A stretch of 64,000 nucleotides of DNA. Source: Hydrolagus colliei. Its lineage: Eukaryota. This document shows positions 12,380-24,815 of this stretch, one piece after another. The number at the start of each line of letters is the position of its first letter. Positions within the stretch are counted from its first letter, which is position 1. The notes beneath the pieces were generated by a model. That model ran no database searches and was not told the origin of the DNA. It saw only the letters and a program-made list of their open reading frames with translations. Location: contig CM068755.1 in assembly GCA_035084275.1 (NCBI GenBank), positions 13,330,001-13,394,000 of the forward strand, given 5' to 3'. Position numbers and translations under genes: made by a program.

Positions 12380-15300
12380 ATATCCGACCTACAAGTTCAA
12401 TTTATTTTATTCTTGGAAAACAAAACAAAACAGATTGACTAAGCAAGTTTTCACATTCCCTTTTCTTTTCCAGGTAGAGTCTTAAGTGCTGCACCGTTTT
12501 ATTTGCAGCGATCGACAACTAGTGGAACCTGTGACCAGAGAAATAGACCAACTCAGATGTTCTAGCTTCTATCTGGTGAAGACCTCGTGTAAATATAACT
12601 CACAACCCTAGCGCAGGTAATGGTATCGTGGAACAAGCCCCAGTTTGACTGAGGGCTCCTCAGTTCCTTACTGTCGAGAGCAAAAAAAAGGCACGAGCCC
12701 CAAGTTCGAAGGAGTTTAAATTTAAAAAAACCAATTCACATAACTCATCAATAAAACTCTCTTGATGTCCACATAAAACTAGCAATCAATAGAAGCATGA
12801 TTCGAATGCTGAGGTGGCTACGCTACTCATAAAATTATATATTAACTGTTGCCCACTACTTAGAGCTTTGGGAACAAATGATGCCATCACATAAAGCAAT
12901 TTGCACACAAGTAGATGCAGTAAATTTGAAGTAAACTTACCGAAATGTACAGAAATGTTGTATCCGTGCATAAATTACTGCGTTTCTGTTTTCCCCTCCA
13001 GTACATTAGAGAAGACAGCTGCTTCGCTGCAGCACTAAAGGAGTTCAGCAGTGAGAGAGCAAACCAGACCAATTGCTGCCATCTTGGTAGCATCTGCCTC
13101 ATTTCATCAACCAATCTGTGGCTTTCTGACAAGTGTCATTTGTTTAATTAATGTATTGAAAAAAAAGCCCCAAATTAAAGTCCATGTGGGTGGTGAGGGG
13201 GGTGGGGGAAACTTTTTCTGGACTTGAAGTGTGTGGTTTGTTCTCTGATGGGCAAGCCCAACGTACAAAACACCATCAAAATAAAATGGGTTGAACATAC
13301 TCTCCAGATAAAGCAAGGAGTTATAATTTGCGTGTCCTCGGGAGTAAAAATTTGTCTCCAGTCTAGTTTTGACATAAAAAGGCAGAATTCTCCTGTTCCG
13401 CACTTCAGTGGAGGAAAACACTACCCATATCCATTACTAAAAAAAAGCTGGTTGGTAATGAGCATATCAATACATTTAACGAGATCACATCTGATACAAA
13501 CGTTTCGTAACTGATTGAAGCTGAGTAGCTAATATTATAATCTGCAATGCTAAAATAGAAGCAGGAGCTCTGATAGCTATTGACGCTGACGCAGTGATTG
13601 TGCTTTACTTTACAAAACTAACAGCAACGGTTATAAACGAGAGTTAAAAATTCATCCCGTCGTAAAGCTTTCTCCATAAATCTTTCTCCAGGGTTTTCAA
13701 TTTTATTTTTTGGGGGGGAAAACGTTCGATCCGTTTTGGTTTTAGTGACTGATTATCTTCCAGCAGAACAGAATTTGTACTTCACATCGTGTCAGCCTCA
13801 TAAACACACTAAATCATGGGGAAAGGTATCTTTAAGTTGCGAACACCCCAGAGGTGTGACGGGAAAAAAAATTCCAAAGTAAGGTCACCACAAACTATTG
13901 CAGTCCGCACATCAACTTAATTCCCATTTAAACTTTTTTTTCACAAAATAATTCCAATTTACTTTTACCATACAATTACTTACCTAGCATGTAGCACAAA
14001 CAGAATACATGAAGGAAAGAGATTTTTTTTTTTAAAAAACAGGTTACCTCCCATTTGGGACCATAATCTATTCAGGTCAATGTTGTTCTTGAGTTTTAAC
14101 ATCAGTCCACTGAAGGCATAAAAATTGCACTGTAAGTATCCTCTATGTACAAGTAGGGCTATCCCTCCGATTGTCAAATCTCCTATTGCACTCACCACTG
14201 AACAATTCTTTCAAGAAACTTGTTATATTTGTCTTGTCTACACTTAAAGGTACTCACCCAAGCTACACTCTTGCAGGTTTTTTTTTATATACTTGCTCTT
14301 TTCTTTTTGTGAACCACAAATTTCTACTTACTATCAGTGAATTATCACAAAAGGCAGTTTATATCAGAAAAGTGTAATTGAATAAAGCAGTGAAATTCCA
14401 TCACAACAAGTCTACAATATAAGGAAATTGCTTTCAAGTTTGTGCATGACAAATATAACATCAGGGTTTTTAGGGTCTGCTTTTTATATGTATAGTAAAA
14501 GCATTACCATACAGCACAGAAATAACAATTGTACACATTTTCACTGCCATAAAGGAAAATAAACTTTTACTACTTTCTGCAAATGCCATATAATAATTAA
14601 AACCCAAGGAAGTACAGCATATTAAACAAAATAGTAATTACCAGTGGATACTCTACTCATAAGGATCTTGCCCTGTCAAGTCGGCGATAATCCACAAAAA
14701 TATACTTTCATCTGGTGAACGTATAACAGTACATTGTAGACTGACACCAAAGGTGATATATTTAAGATGCTATATACACAAACATTTGGCTCAAATTCTC
14801 TTTACATATAGATTAGCAAGTGTTCATGGCTTTTAAGATTCAGCCTGCATGTATAAAAGCAAAAACTAAGCCAAGATAAAGAGATAAAACCATACCTAGA
14901 GAGCATCAACATGCAGCTTTGGCTTATATAAATAATTTCATAGCTGAATGCATTTTAAAATTATGTAGTTTATATAATCAGTGATAAGTATGGGTATTAT
15001 GTTTCTTTTTAATAAAAATATACGTGATCTGGAATCAAATTTAGATTTCAGATATTAACATAAAAGAACTTTGACCAGATTCCAATTATAACTTAATATA
15101 TTAAGTTTCTCTTAATGCTATATTTCATTAACAGTCTCCTCATTTCTCATGCAGGTACTTAATGCACGTCTCCAATTTACTTAATAAGTTGCATTGCCTT
15201 TTTTTTTACAACCGGTTTGCTTTACACATGCAGAAAGAACTGCTTGCATCAGCCCTACACTGTGCAATTTACAACACTCCTTCAAGAATTGGAGGCCCAT

Positions 15301-15721
15301 GCCAAGTTCAGTATCGTAGACTTATTTTCTGTACAGTATTGCTCTCTTTGATTCTTTCTACAGCTCCAACGCTACAAAAGCAGAAAATTTAACTAGCCAC
15401 ACCATTTTTATACACACAAGGGACACTGCCAGGATTGACAACCGACTGTTTTGTTTCTGCAAGCATATGGTAGGGTTGAATATAAATTTTTTTTTTTTTT
15501 TTTTGCAAACCAGTATAAGATAACAGCTAATACAAATAAGTGCCAGACTGGGACAGTGACTAAAATTTAAATGTGGGGACATCTGCAAATATACAATTAA
15601 TTTGCACTGTAGAGTACCTGATTAACTTATACATTTTCCGTGCCCTTGTTTTTAGATATGTTAAGGACAGTTCTCTTGTAGCAAAAGAGAGTTTTACAAA
15701 ACGGCAGTGAAGGAGGGGGCT
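12380..15721 (-). other. MEF2A: Probable MEF2A 3' UTR (~3.3 kb)
   Basis: AT-rich, largely free of recognisable interspersed repeats. Overlapping AATAAA signals on the minus strand at 12401-12411 are followed by a U-rich tract. The end point is inferred; other AATAAA sites exist (e.g. 13702-13707). Confidence 0.55.
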
Positions 15722-16031
15722 TTATGTCACCCACGTGTCCATCCGCATACGCTTCACAGATGGGCTTTCCCGGTCATCTGTGGAGGGTCTTGCGATGCCG
15801 AGGGATGAGTGAAAGTCGCCCCTGGGGTCCTCACGATCGCTTCCGTCATACGAGCTGCTCGAGCTGCTCAGGCTGTCGACAGGCGAGCGCCCCGTGTCCT
15901 GCCGCGTCTGCTGCGGGAAGCCCGACGGTGTCATCCTGTCCCGCGGGGGCGAGATCGGCTCCGATTTGATGTGTATGTTCTGGTTGACGTTCACCGATAG
16001 GTTCGAACCCTGAGATGACTGACTGTTAATT
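15722..16031 (-). CDS. MEF2A: MEF2A terminal coding exon (phospho-SUMO motif IKSEPISP, C-terminal NLS)
   Basis: tattctctgcAG|A ATT...; [38 protein letters not shown]...[16 protein letters not shown]; the VKRMRMDxWVT ending is diagnostic of MEF2A. Confidence 0.97.
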
Positions 16032-16462
16032 CTGCAGAGAATAGGGGGTGGGCGGGGGGGGGGGGTGGGGGGGGGGGGGAAAGAAACACACACGCACACA
16101 CACAAAGAAAACATGGTTAGATGAGGATGACTGAGTAAAAACTAGCTGTCTCAAAAGAGTTTGGGATGAAGATGGCCCCATTTTCATCTCACTCATACCC
16201 TTGGATGCTGTTCTGTAACACACCAAAGCTAAAATGTCAACAAACATGCTAATGATCTCAACTGAACAATTTAAAATTTAAACCCATCAGATTCTCTGAT
16301 CAGCATCACACTATACAGTGTATTTAACCAACCACTGTCCCCCATCCTAGGAACCGCACTAAGGGCACGTTGAAACTATTAGGTCGTTTTTACATTTACA
16401 TTTCTCTTCAAGATAGAAACACTTCTGTGGCATTGAAACAGCCGTGCAATATTTAAACTTAC

Positions 16463-16589
16463 AATAGTGAGCTGAGTGCTGCCGGTCCAAGGTGGTGCTG
16501 TTGCCAAGCCGACATTGGGCCTAATGACAATGCACCTGGAGAATTGAATCCTGGTAATATAGACAAGTCAGCGCTGGTTAGTGAATAAT
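16463..16589 (-). CDS. MEF2A: MEF2A penultimate coding exon
   Basis: gctttacAG|AT ... TT|GTAAGT; [42 protein letters not shown]; 127 nt, phase 1-2. Confidence 0.95.
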
Positions 16590-16917
16590 CTGTAAAGCAA
16601 AAATAAGAGGGGTGGGGTGGGGGGGAAGCAAACATTAATTTCTACACCATTTCCTTTGGATTTATACAATTCTGCACCTTTAAATGGTCAAGAACCTGAG
16701 AGGCACACAGATCAACAATTTATCTAATTATATATATAGCATTTATATATAACAATATAATATTGTCCACAAATGTTCTAGCACTGTATTTTAACATGGT
16801 TGGTAAAGCCTGACCACTCATGGTCACAAAAAAATATGTTATCAACCGTCACTGTACTATATTTAAAAAAAGTTGTTAAAGGTAATTCATTAGAATCAAT
16901 AACTTAAGTGTATTTAC

Positions 16918-17023
16918 CAGTGTTGTATGCAGAGTACAGCAACCCTTGTGGTGGTAAACTCGGAGTAGTAACAGACACCACTGGAGTGGCAAGAGCCTGC
17001 GTCGATTGTGAACTGTTTATCCT
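16918..17023 (-). CDS. MEF2A: MEF2A internal exon with the p38/ERK5 TP phosphosites (ATPVVSVTTP)
   Basis: aattcacAG|AGG ... ACTG|GTAAAT; RINSSQSTQALATPVVSVTTPSLPPQGLLYSAYNT; 106 nt, phase 0-1. The 5' boundary appears shifted (see findings). Confidence 0.88.
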
Positions 17024-18951
17024 CTGTGAATTGCACAATAAATGATTGATATTTAAAAGAAGAATACAAAAAATATCTTGTACAGAAAACCCGTTATGTC
17101 AGTGCTTTATTCTTGACATAATTTATACTAATTATGGATTTAGTATCTAAACAATCCTGTTAGCCTGCAGAATTCGCAAGGATAGCTCAATTAAAATAAA
17201 GAGGCTTTTTTTTCTATTCTGTACATTGTGCTGTGTGTTGTGGGGAGGTGGGTGGGGCGCGTGAAAGAGATGGAAATCAGTTACCAAAAATTCCATACTA
17301 AATTTAGAATTGGGGTTAATACCTTTACATTAAATAAAAATGTATCCAATGGTGTAAATTCTATTGGGGGCTCTGGGGAAGAGCAGGGTGGCTGAGATTC
17401 GTGATGGGAAGCTGAATGCTCTATGCTCAAACAAGGAGAAAACATCTCTTTTCTGAAACGATCTCCCTCCCTGCAATTTTTATTTTTTAAAAATCGAATG
17501 AAACCCGCGTTTCAATTTTATTTTGTTTTAACAAATTTGCAAAACTGTTTTCCAAGAGTTAAAAACAGTAAGCCCATTATGCAACGCTTAAACAGAAAGC
17601 TGTGATAAGCTTGGGTCATCAAGCTGCCCATCACACCAACTTATTTGTCTACAGTTGGGCGAGGTCCTGCAATTCTCTACTAGGGACACCAGATGGTGTG
17701 CTGCAACAAAAACACTACAAATTCACAACGGTTCGCTGGGTGTTTCAAGGGGTTAAGATAGGTTTAACATTTTGAATGGCCTCCTTAAGGGGGTAGGGGT
17801 TGGGGGAGATAAAGAATAAGAGGGAATATGATCTATCCAACCCAAGTGAAATCGTACTAAGGGGGGAAATTAATTGAAAGCAGATCTTGGTTCTGAAATA
17901 CAAAGGTTGAACGAATGAAAAATTATTCTTTGTATAATGCATTCACAAAATCTGTAAGATACAAATATAAAAATATAGGTAACTTGTCAATAGCGTTAAA
18001 ACACAAGTGCTTTGATATATGATTAATGTGGATTGGTAAACCAAACAATGGGGTTCTGTCAATATTGTCTTTTTAATCAGTGTTTAGGTATCAGAAACAT
18101 CTAAACGTGCAAAAGACCACTTGGGTATTATTGTAATTCACCTTGGAATTATTGTACAGTACTTCACAATAACAGCCACTTCACATTAAGTTTCACAGCT
18201 CTTCTGTCATGCACATGCTCATATCAATGAACTACTACAAACAGAGGAAGACAAGGCATCATATGAATCAAGAACACTGTCAATCTCAATGAGGACCAGG
18301 GAAGGCAGTACTGTACATTGTACTTTGCAGGTATTGTGCTAATCAATGATTCACAACTTTGGATCAACATCTCAGAATAAATAGGATGCTGATCGATATA
18401 CAATAATTGCAATGTTTCGTCACTGAGCCAACAGCTGACGTAACTAGTCACAAGTCATGACTAGTAACTAGAAAAGCATGAGTCCCTTTAGCCGAGTGCA
18501 ACTTAGTGCTCTACACATAAGGGCAAAATCCTAATCACGTCACTTCGCAAAAAGAAGAAGAATTGTACTATGAAATCTGATGCAAGTTGGGTCACGTTTG
18601 TGGGAGGAACTTGCATAACAATTTATTGGAGAAAGTCGAGACTTTTAATACTACTGTCGTTGCAAGAGTTCCTGGCAGTGTTCTTGCTGGAAGAGCATTT
18701 TTTTTTCTCCCCAAAAGGGGCCAGAGGTTATGTGGAGAACAGAAGACATTAGCAACAAACAGGGAGTCCAAAGTATTACATTTTGTTTGACAAAAACAGA
18801 GATGAGTAAATAATAGTATGTTCCTAAAACTTTGAATGTGTAAACGTGATACATGTAGTACAAATTATAATTCCAATTTTCCTGCAAAATGAATATTAGT
18901 TCAAGCGCATATGCAAATTACAAGCAGACACCGTCTCCAAGGCACACTTAC

Positions 18952-18975
18952 CATTTCCAATTCATCCTCCTCTGA
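18952..18975 (-). CDS. MEF2A: MEF2A beta microexon (24 nt, SEEDELEM), alternatively spliced acidic activation motif
   Basis: ctacttgcAG|TCAGAGGAGGATGAATTGGAAATG|GTAAGT; same position and length as mammalian SEEEELEL. Confidence 0.93.
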
Positions 18976-19334
18976 CTGCAAGTAGCAGATAAGAGAAACA
19001 CACTGTTACCAGAGGAAAAATCACCCTCACTCATCACTAGTCAGCAAAACTACCGGAATCAGCAAGTTACACGAAAGGCCAGAATTGAGTTTCGTCAATT
19101 TTAAAATGGATTAGCTCACGTGGTATACGTTTTTATTTATTCATAGTGGAAAGAAAATAATAAGTTACAAGTTGCAGAATTCCTCCCAACGCTTCCGATC
19201 CTTTCATAGAAAGCCTTTTATGTAACCAACTGCTAAAATTATACGTGAACGCAAAACAGTTTTGCAACAGGCATACAATACAGTGCGATTGTAATCGCTT
19301 TGCTCATTACCGTACTGTACTGGAATCAACTCAC

Positions 19335-19519
19335 CAGAGGTGGCATCATGCCCTTGCTGGTTGGTGGAATAACTACACGGAGGTCTGGTTTGCGACTGTT
19401 CATTCCAATGTTTCCACCAGGAGGCGGCGGTGACTTTGTGGGCATCACTTTGCCTAACACATTCCCACCTGAAGAGACCAGCAGGCCAGGAGAACCACGA
19501 GGGTTAATGTAACCATTTC
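19335..19519 (-). CDS. MEF2A: MEF2A internal exon containing the MAPK docking domain ([11 protein letters not shown])
   Basis: ttactttcAG|GA ... CTG|GTGAGT; [61 protein letters not shown]; 185 nt, phase 1-0. Confidence 0.96.
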
Positions 19520-22500
19520 CTGAAAGTAATTTATTTTAAAAAAAGGATTAAAATATTTATATGGTAGCCAATATCTGAACTGGAACATTGAGCATCACTG
19601 CCAGCACAAACAGGCCAATTATTGATTTGTACCAATTAGCAGGACGTAAACGGGAGATGAACACAGTGAAACAGAAGAGAACAAAAAATCAAGAGAGGTC
19701 CATTCTACAGAGACTTTGGTCAATACTATGGATTGTCTGGGGTTTGGACAATTGGACGATCTACCTTGTTGTGTATTGGCTAGGCACATTAGACTAATAT
19801 CAGACATGTGCTTGTAGTTGTATTAATAAGTTGGTGTGGAGTTTATGAATTTTATTTGTTTTGCTTTTATGAAAGCGAAAGCGCTATACTATATAAGTGT
19901 AATTTTGCTGTGGTTGTCATTGTATCAAATGAAATGGTAAAATCCTGCACCTACATCCTGTTTTTGTGCTTCATTTTCTTTCCACCTCACAAGACAACTC
20001 CATCTTTCAGTGAAACAAAGCAGTTGAGAATCTACAAAATGTCCAGACAAGCTGTAAACCAAAAGATTTTACACTTGCGTCAAAAGTCTGGCATCACTTC
20101 GAAAAGGAATTTGCTTGTTTTCTCATCTTTTTAAACAAATCTTGGTTCTCGGGATACAGTTGTTCAAGAAAGATCACCCAACTCCAAGACATCCTGATCT
20201 ATGTCTGAAAATTCTGAAATCTTTCTCAATGATTTAAGTGTGGGAGGGAGAGAAGCAAACACCTGACTGAGTGGGGTGGGTGGGGGGGCTGTGTCGAAGG
20301 GAACTTGCAACAGTGCCCTACTCTTAACTATTGTCCGCATTCCCTCTTCCATGGGATGCAAAACTTCAGAAGCAAAAGGTTTACATTTCTGCTCAGACAA
20401 AATTAATCCTCCCTTTGGAGATCATGACAGGCTTTTAAAATTAAGCGAGCAAATTAGCAGAGTAGGCTGTAGGCAAAAGATTAAGATCACCATTTATTTT
20501 CCTACTTGTCTTGCTGTATTGTCACTTTAAGTGAGGGAAAAAATAATTGAATAACCATGTAATAAGGAGTCATAGTAAATGCAAGGAAAATTATTTGATT
20601 ATAATAAGTCAGCTTGACTCAGTCTGATCACTTTGGGATTAAAAAGTTTGCAAGTTCAAGACGTGAGCCCATAATCTAGGCTAGTAGTACTTCAGTTCAA
20701 TAATACTAATAATAATACTACCAATAATAATCTTTGTATTTGTTAAAGAGCCTTATCACATTGATACCATCAGACCAAATATAACCGAGAGAGAGACAGA
20801 TAGAGAGAGTGAGCGACAGCAAGTGTCCTTTGGCCAGTTGATTTTAACTAACTGGTCATATACTGGATACTAGATGTAGTTTTGACAATTGCTCCAAAAT
20901 GACATGGAGCAATTATTCTTGCTTTGTATCTGGCACCTGTCAAAAATATTACATTTCCAGTATCAGGCTTGTGTCTTGGTTTGGTATACCTGCATGTGAA
21001 GGTTGTACTATCTTACAGTGCAGGTTTTTTTTTATATAGTAAAAAAGCTTTGGAATGGTATAATTGCTAGAAAACGCAACATAAACTGGCTGGGACATAA
21101 ATGGAATGACCACAAAATGATGATTATATTTTGCAATTTTGAAAGCACGACACCATTTATTAACTGTAATAAAAACGGCTTCAATGCATATGGTTCAAAC
21201 CTAACAACTCATTCATTTTATTGAGACACCCGACGGTCTGAATACATGCTGAAACCCATCACCACGTTTAGGAGTATCCAAACCAGAGTTCCATGCATGT
21301 CACCTAGACATGGAAATTTCCGTGTTTGGAATGGAATGTGCTTTCTTTCCCCGCGGAGGGAGGGACCCTGTTTACCTAATTCTGGAGAGTATTAGGCACT
21401 GGCGCGAGACAAGGCTCGGGGACCCCAGAGTTGCTTTACAGTAATGCTAACAGTTTAAGCGGCTAAAACCACATTTTAGATGTTACCTATTGGATTATTC
21501 ATCTATCCCACAGGCAATTCTATTTGTTAGTCCACAGCCTTACTGCTAGTGAACAGTGGAGAACATAGCAGGGCTAGCAACACATCATGCAGAGGGACTA
21601 ACTGTTTAAAGTTGACATGTTAGGAATGTCTCAAGAGCATATTCTAGAACAATAGAAATTTACAACATAGAAGGCAGCTCTTCAGCTAGTTTAAGGACAA
21701 TCCTTTTAGTCTCAGTTATGATTGTTCAAAAGCATTTCATTTATTCAATCAGGATGTGTTACTTTGAAACACTACAATCAAATTATAAATGTTACAAACG
21801 AGTGACACAATGTCTTCCAGGCAAAAACTCCAGTGGATCAAATGGTAATGTGATCAAACTACAACAAGAGATTAATGCAAATTTAAATTTTCCTATGAAA
21901 GTGAGCTCCGGATACATAAAAGCACAAGACTAGATGCAGAGAAATCAACATCTGCTATCCAAAACCTCACTATGACTGGGAGAGATTTATTCTAACTTCC
22001 CCTTCCTCACTTGCAGCTGAACTGTACTGTATTTGGTAACCACAATAGATATGTAAAAAAAAATATTCACTGACTAAACAGCTGGGACATTTGGCTGACA
22101 AATCACACACCCATTTTCCAGACTACAACTTGTAGCTGAAAACTACAGTACAATAATAAATTGCATTTATAAAACATCTCAGACCACTTTACAATGTCGG
22201 GCGGGAGGGGAGAGGAGGTGACTATAGGTCAAAGAGGTAGGTTTTATTCCTTAACGCCTCACTTTACTGTACACACTTTATTTTGTCACTGTGTGCAATC
22301 CTTTTGGTAGAATATGGATAGTTCTTCTCCTTCATAATCTATATATCACAACACACACTCCAACCTAGAGAACTGTCTGGGCTACAAACTTTCAAAATAC
22401 AGTAGATAACAATTTCTAGCGAAGTGATTTAGAAAACATTCAAACTGACATTCACCGCAATCATTCACATCCATTAGGTTACACTAGCCAGGTTCCCTTC

Positions 22501-24465
22501 TTATCGACACTATAACCTTGGTCATGCACTCTTACTCTCATTCCTTTCGTCCCCACTTTATTCCTTACATAGTTGTTGTTAACACAGCTGGGCATAGTTT
22601 TACTAAAATAATATCAAATGGATTGGTATTGGTGGGAGTCCAATTTGTTGATCGAAGTGAATAGCGTTGGGCTCTGGCTTTCACAATAACACATTGTCCT
22701 GATATACAAACAACATTTCAGTGCAAGAGAAGTCCATCCAACCCACCCATCGACCTGCACTGTGAATTGGTGGGGTGTTGGCTTGTACTCCACAATCCCA
22801 AATTGTTATCCAAATAAGATAAACATCTAAAACAGCAGCCAAGCAATTATGGTAAAAAATAAAGGCAGTCACCCAGGGGTATTTTGATGCAACTTCTAGC
22901 TCAAGAATGGGGTTAGCAGGTTGCTATCCTACCTCTCAGCCACGAAAAATCACACAGAGTCTTCAATAGCCTGCTGTTCTGGCCCTCCTAATGGCCATCT
23001 CAGAACAGCATTAGTAGAGACACACAGCAGATTGCTCAACTGCATGTGGCATAAATTATAGGAAGACTGGGAATAAAATTTAAAAGGATTTGATGCTCTT
23101 AAAAAACAATGAAATCGTGTAATTCTATGATTAAATCATAACTATGGAAGCTGGTCAAGTTACTCCATTTCTGTGCTCCCTTAGTGACACTTGCAGGTAA
23201 TTTCATCTTTCAAAATCTATCATGAGTTTCCTTCTCAGACTTCCGTGCGATGCCCTTCCCTGCGGACATTTCATCTCTCGCCCATACCAACATGACTGAC
23301 TTCCTCAATCAAAATGTTTACTCTTATGTTACACTCTTGACATTCTCTGATTTGGCAACAAGGAAGCATCCACATAATATAAAGGTGCATCAGCCATTTG
23401 AAATAACTATACAATTAACTGTACCAGTGCCTAACCTACCTTAATACTGTAAAAAAAAGATTTGTATGAGACTGGCAGTCCATGGTCCATGACATGGCAC
23501 ACAATAGTCAATGATTTTATTATTATAGTCAGGGCATGAAATAATGATTCAGGGGTGTAAGCTATTCACTACTTTTGACAGGCAGAAACAACCACATACA
23601 CAAAGTATGCCTTTATAAACAAACCACATTTTAAAGAGGCCTCGGTGATATGTACTAAGGCAAATATTAGCATAAAAATATAAAAACGGTGATTTTTAAG
23701 GCAGTGCTAATAAACAAGCAAACAATGATGGATGTTGCATAGATAGTATAAACACCTTAGCTCACATGACCAATTCGCAAACCAATTTACTGTATTCGCA
23801 ACATGTTTCCCCCTTTAAACTTATAACCTTCCTGGATTTCTCTAGAAAACTGCCCATTTCCCAATAGCTTTGACAGCAAATGGAAAGCACTCCAAGAATG
23901 TGAAGCTGATATCCCTACTCGCATACTGAGCTCTTTCAAAACCTGCCGGCTCGCTCACCAGAAAGGCAAAAAACAACAGCTGATGATTCATCAGAGCCTC
24001 ACTGGGGTCCCAGTCCCAGAACTCATCCTTAATCCGCACCTGCTGTTCCACTTCACACAGCACAGAACAGGCACAGCGAGTTGGCAGGTTATTGTGTACC
24101 AGGAGGCTTAATGGTATGGCATTGTCCAAATGTTTGATGGATGTTTTGAAATGCTGCTTGGCTTGCACGTTACTTGCAATACTTTGCTTCCCTCGCACGG
24201 CTGTCGACTGGGGAAAGGTGCAACTTTGTGGTCAATTTCTTATGATGGGGGGGGAACACACTCATTTAGAACCGACACTGGGGGGAAAAAAAATTCTGAA
24301 CCGAAAAATTTCATGTCCGCAAAATGTCTTAAGAAAAAACACAAAAGACAATTGGGCTCGTAAAAGTCACATCAGCTGCATTGCAAATCACATCATTCCA
24401 GAGTTAATGAGGAACAACGATAAGATATAATTCACTCGCTGTAATAGATTATGAGCTCTGTGTGA

Positions 24466-24815
24466 TAGCCTGGCTCAGTTGTTAGCATTTTTGGTCAGAT
24501 GGTTGTGGGTTCAAGCTCCAATTCGGGACATTGAACTCGATACAGTTGAGGTTGACACTTCAATGGGTGTGTCACAATAAACTGAGCTTTTATTAGTCTG
24601 TTAAGTAGGATGTGAAAGATCCCATGACACTATTTGGAAGGAGGACAAATTTTCCCAGTGTCCTGGCCAATAATCCTTATGAAAAAAAACAATTACTGAT
24701 TTCTTAATTGTTTGTGGGACAAATCTGTGCACAAATTGGCTACTGTGTATGCCTATGAATGTATAGTCACTACACTTCACAGCAATTCCTTGTGAAGACT
24801 CTGAGACATTCCAAG
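24466..24815 (+). mobile_element. Degenerate tRNA/Deu SINE
   Basis: TGGCTCAGTTG...GGGTTCAAGC head, AAAGATCCCATGACACTATTT...GTGTCCTGGCCAATA body, TGTGAAG...TGAGACA tail. Confidence 0.75.

Noticed and set aside
15930-15960. MEF2C-type gamma alternative acceptor in the last exon
   Set aside because: The AG used in MEF2C after IKSEPxSPP is absent here (CCG CGG). An in-frame CAG lies 6 nt further on but has a poor pyrimidine tract, so there is no support.
15724-16000. Plus-strand ORFs antisense to the MEF2A last exon
   Set aside because: Shadow ORFs caused by high GC content.
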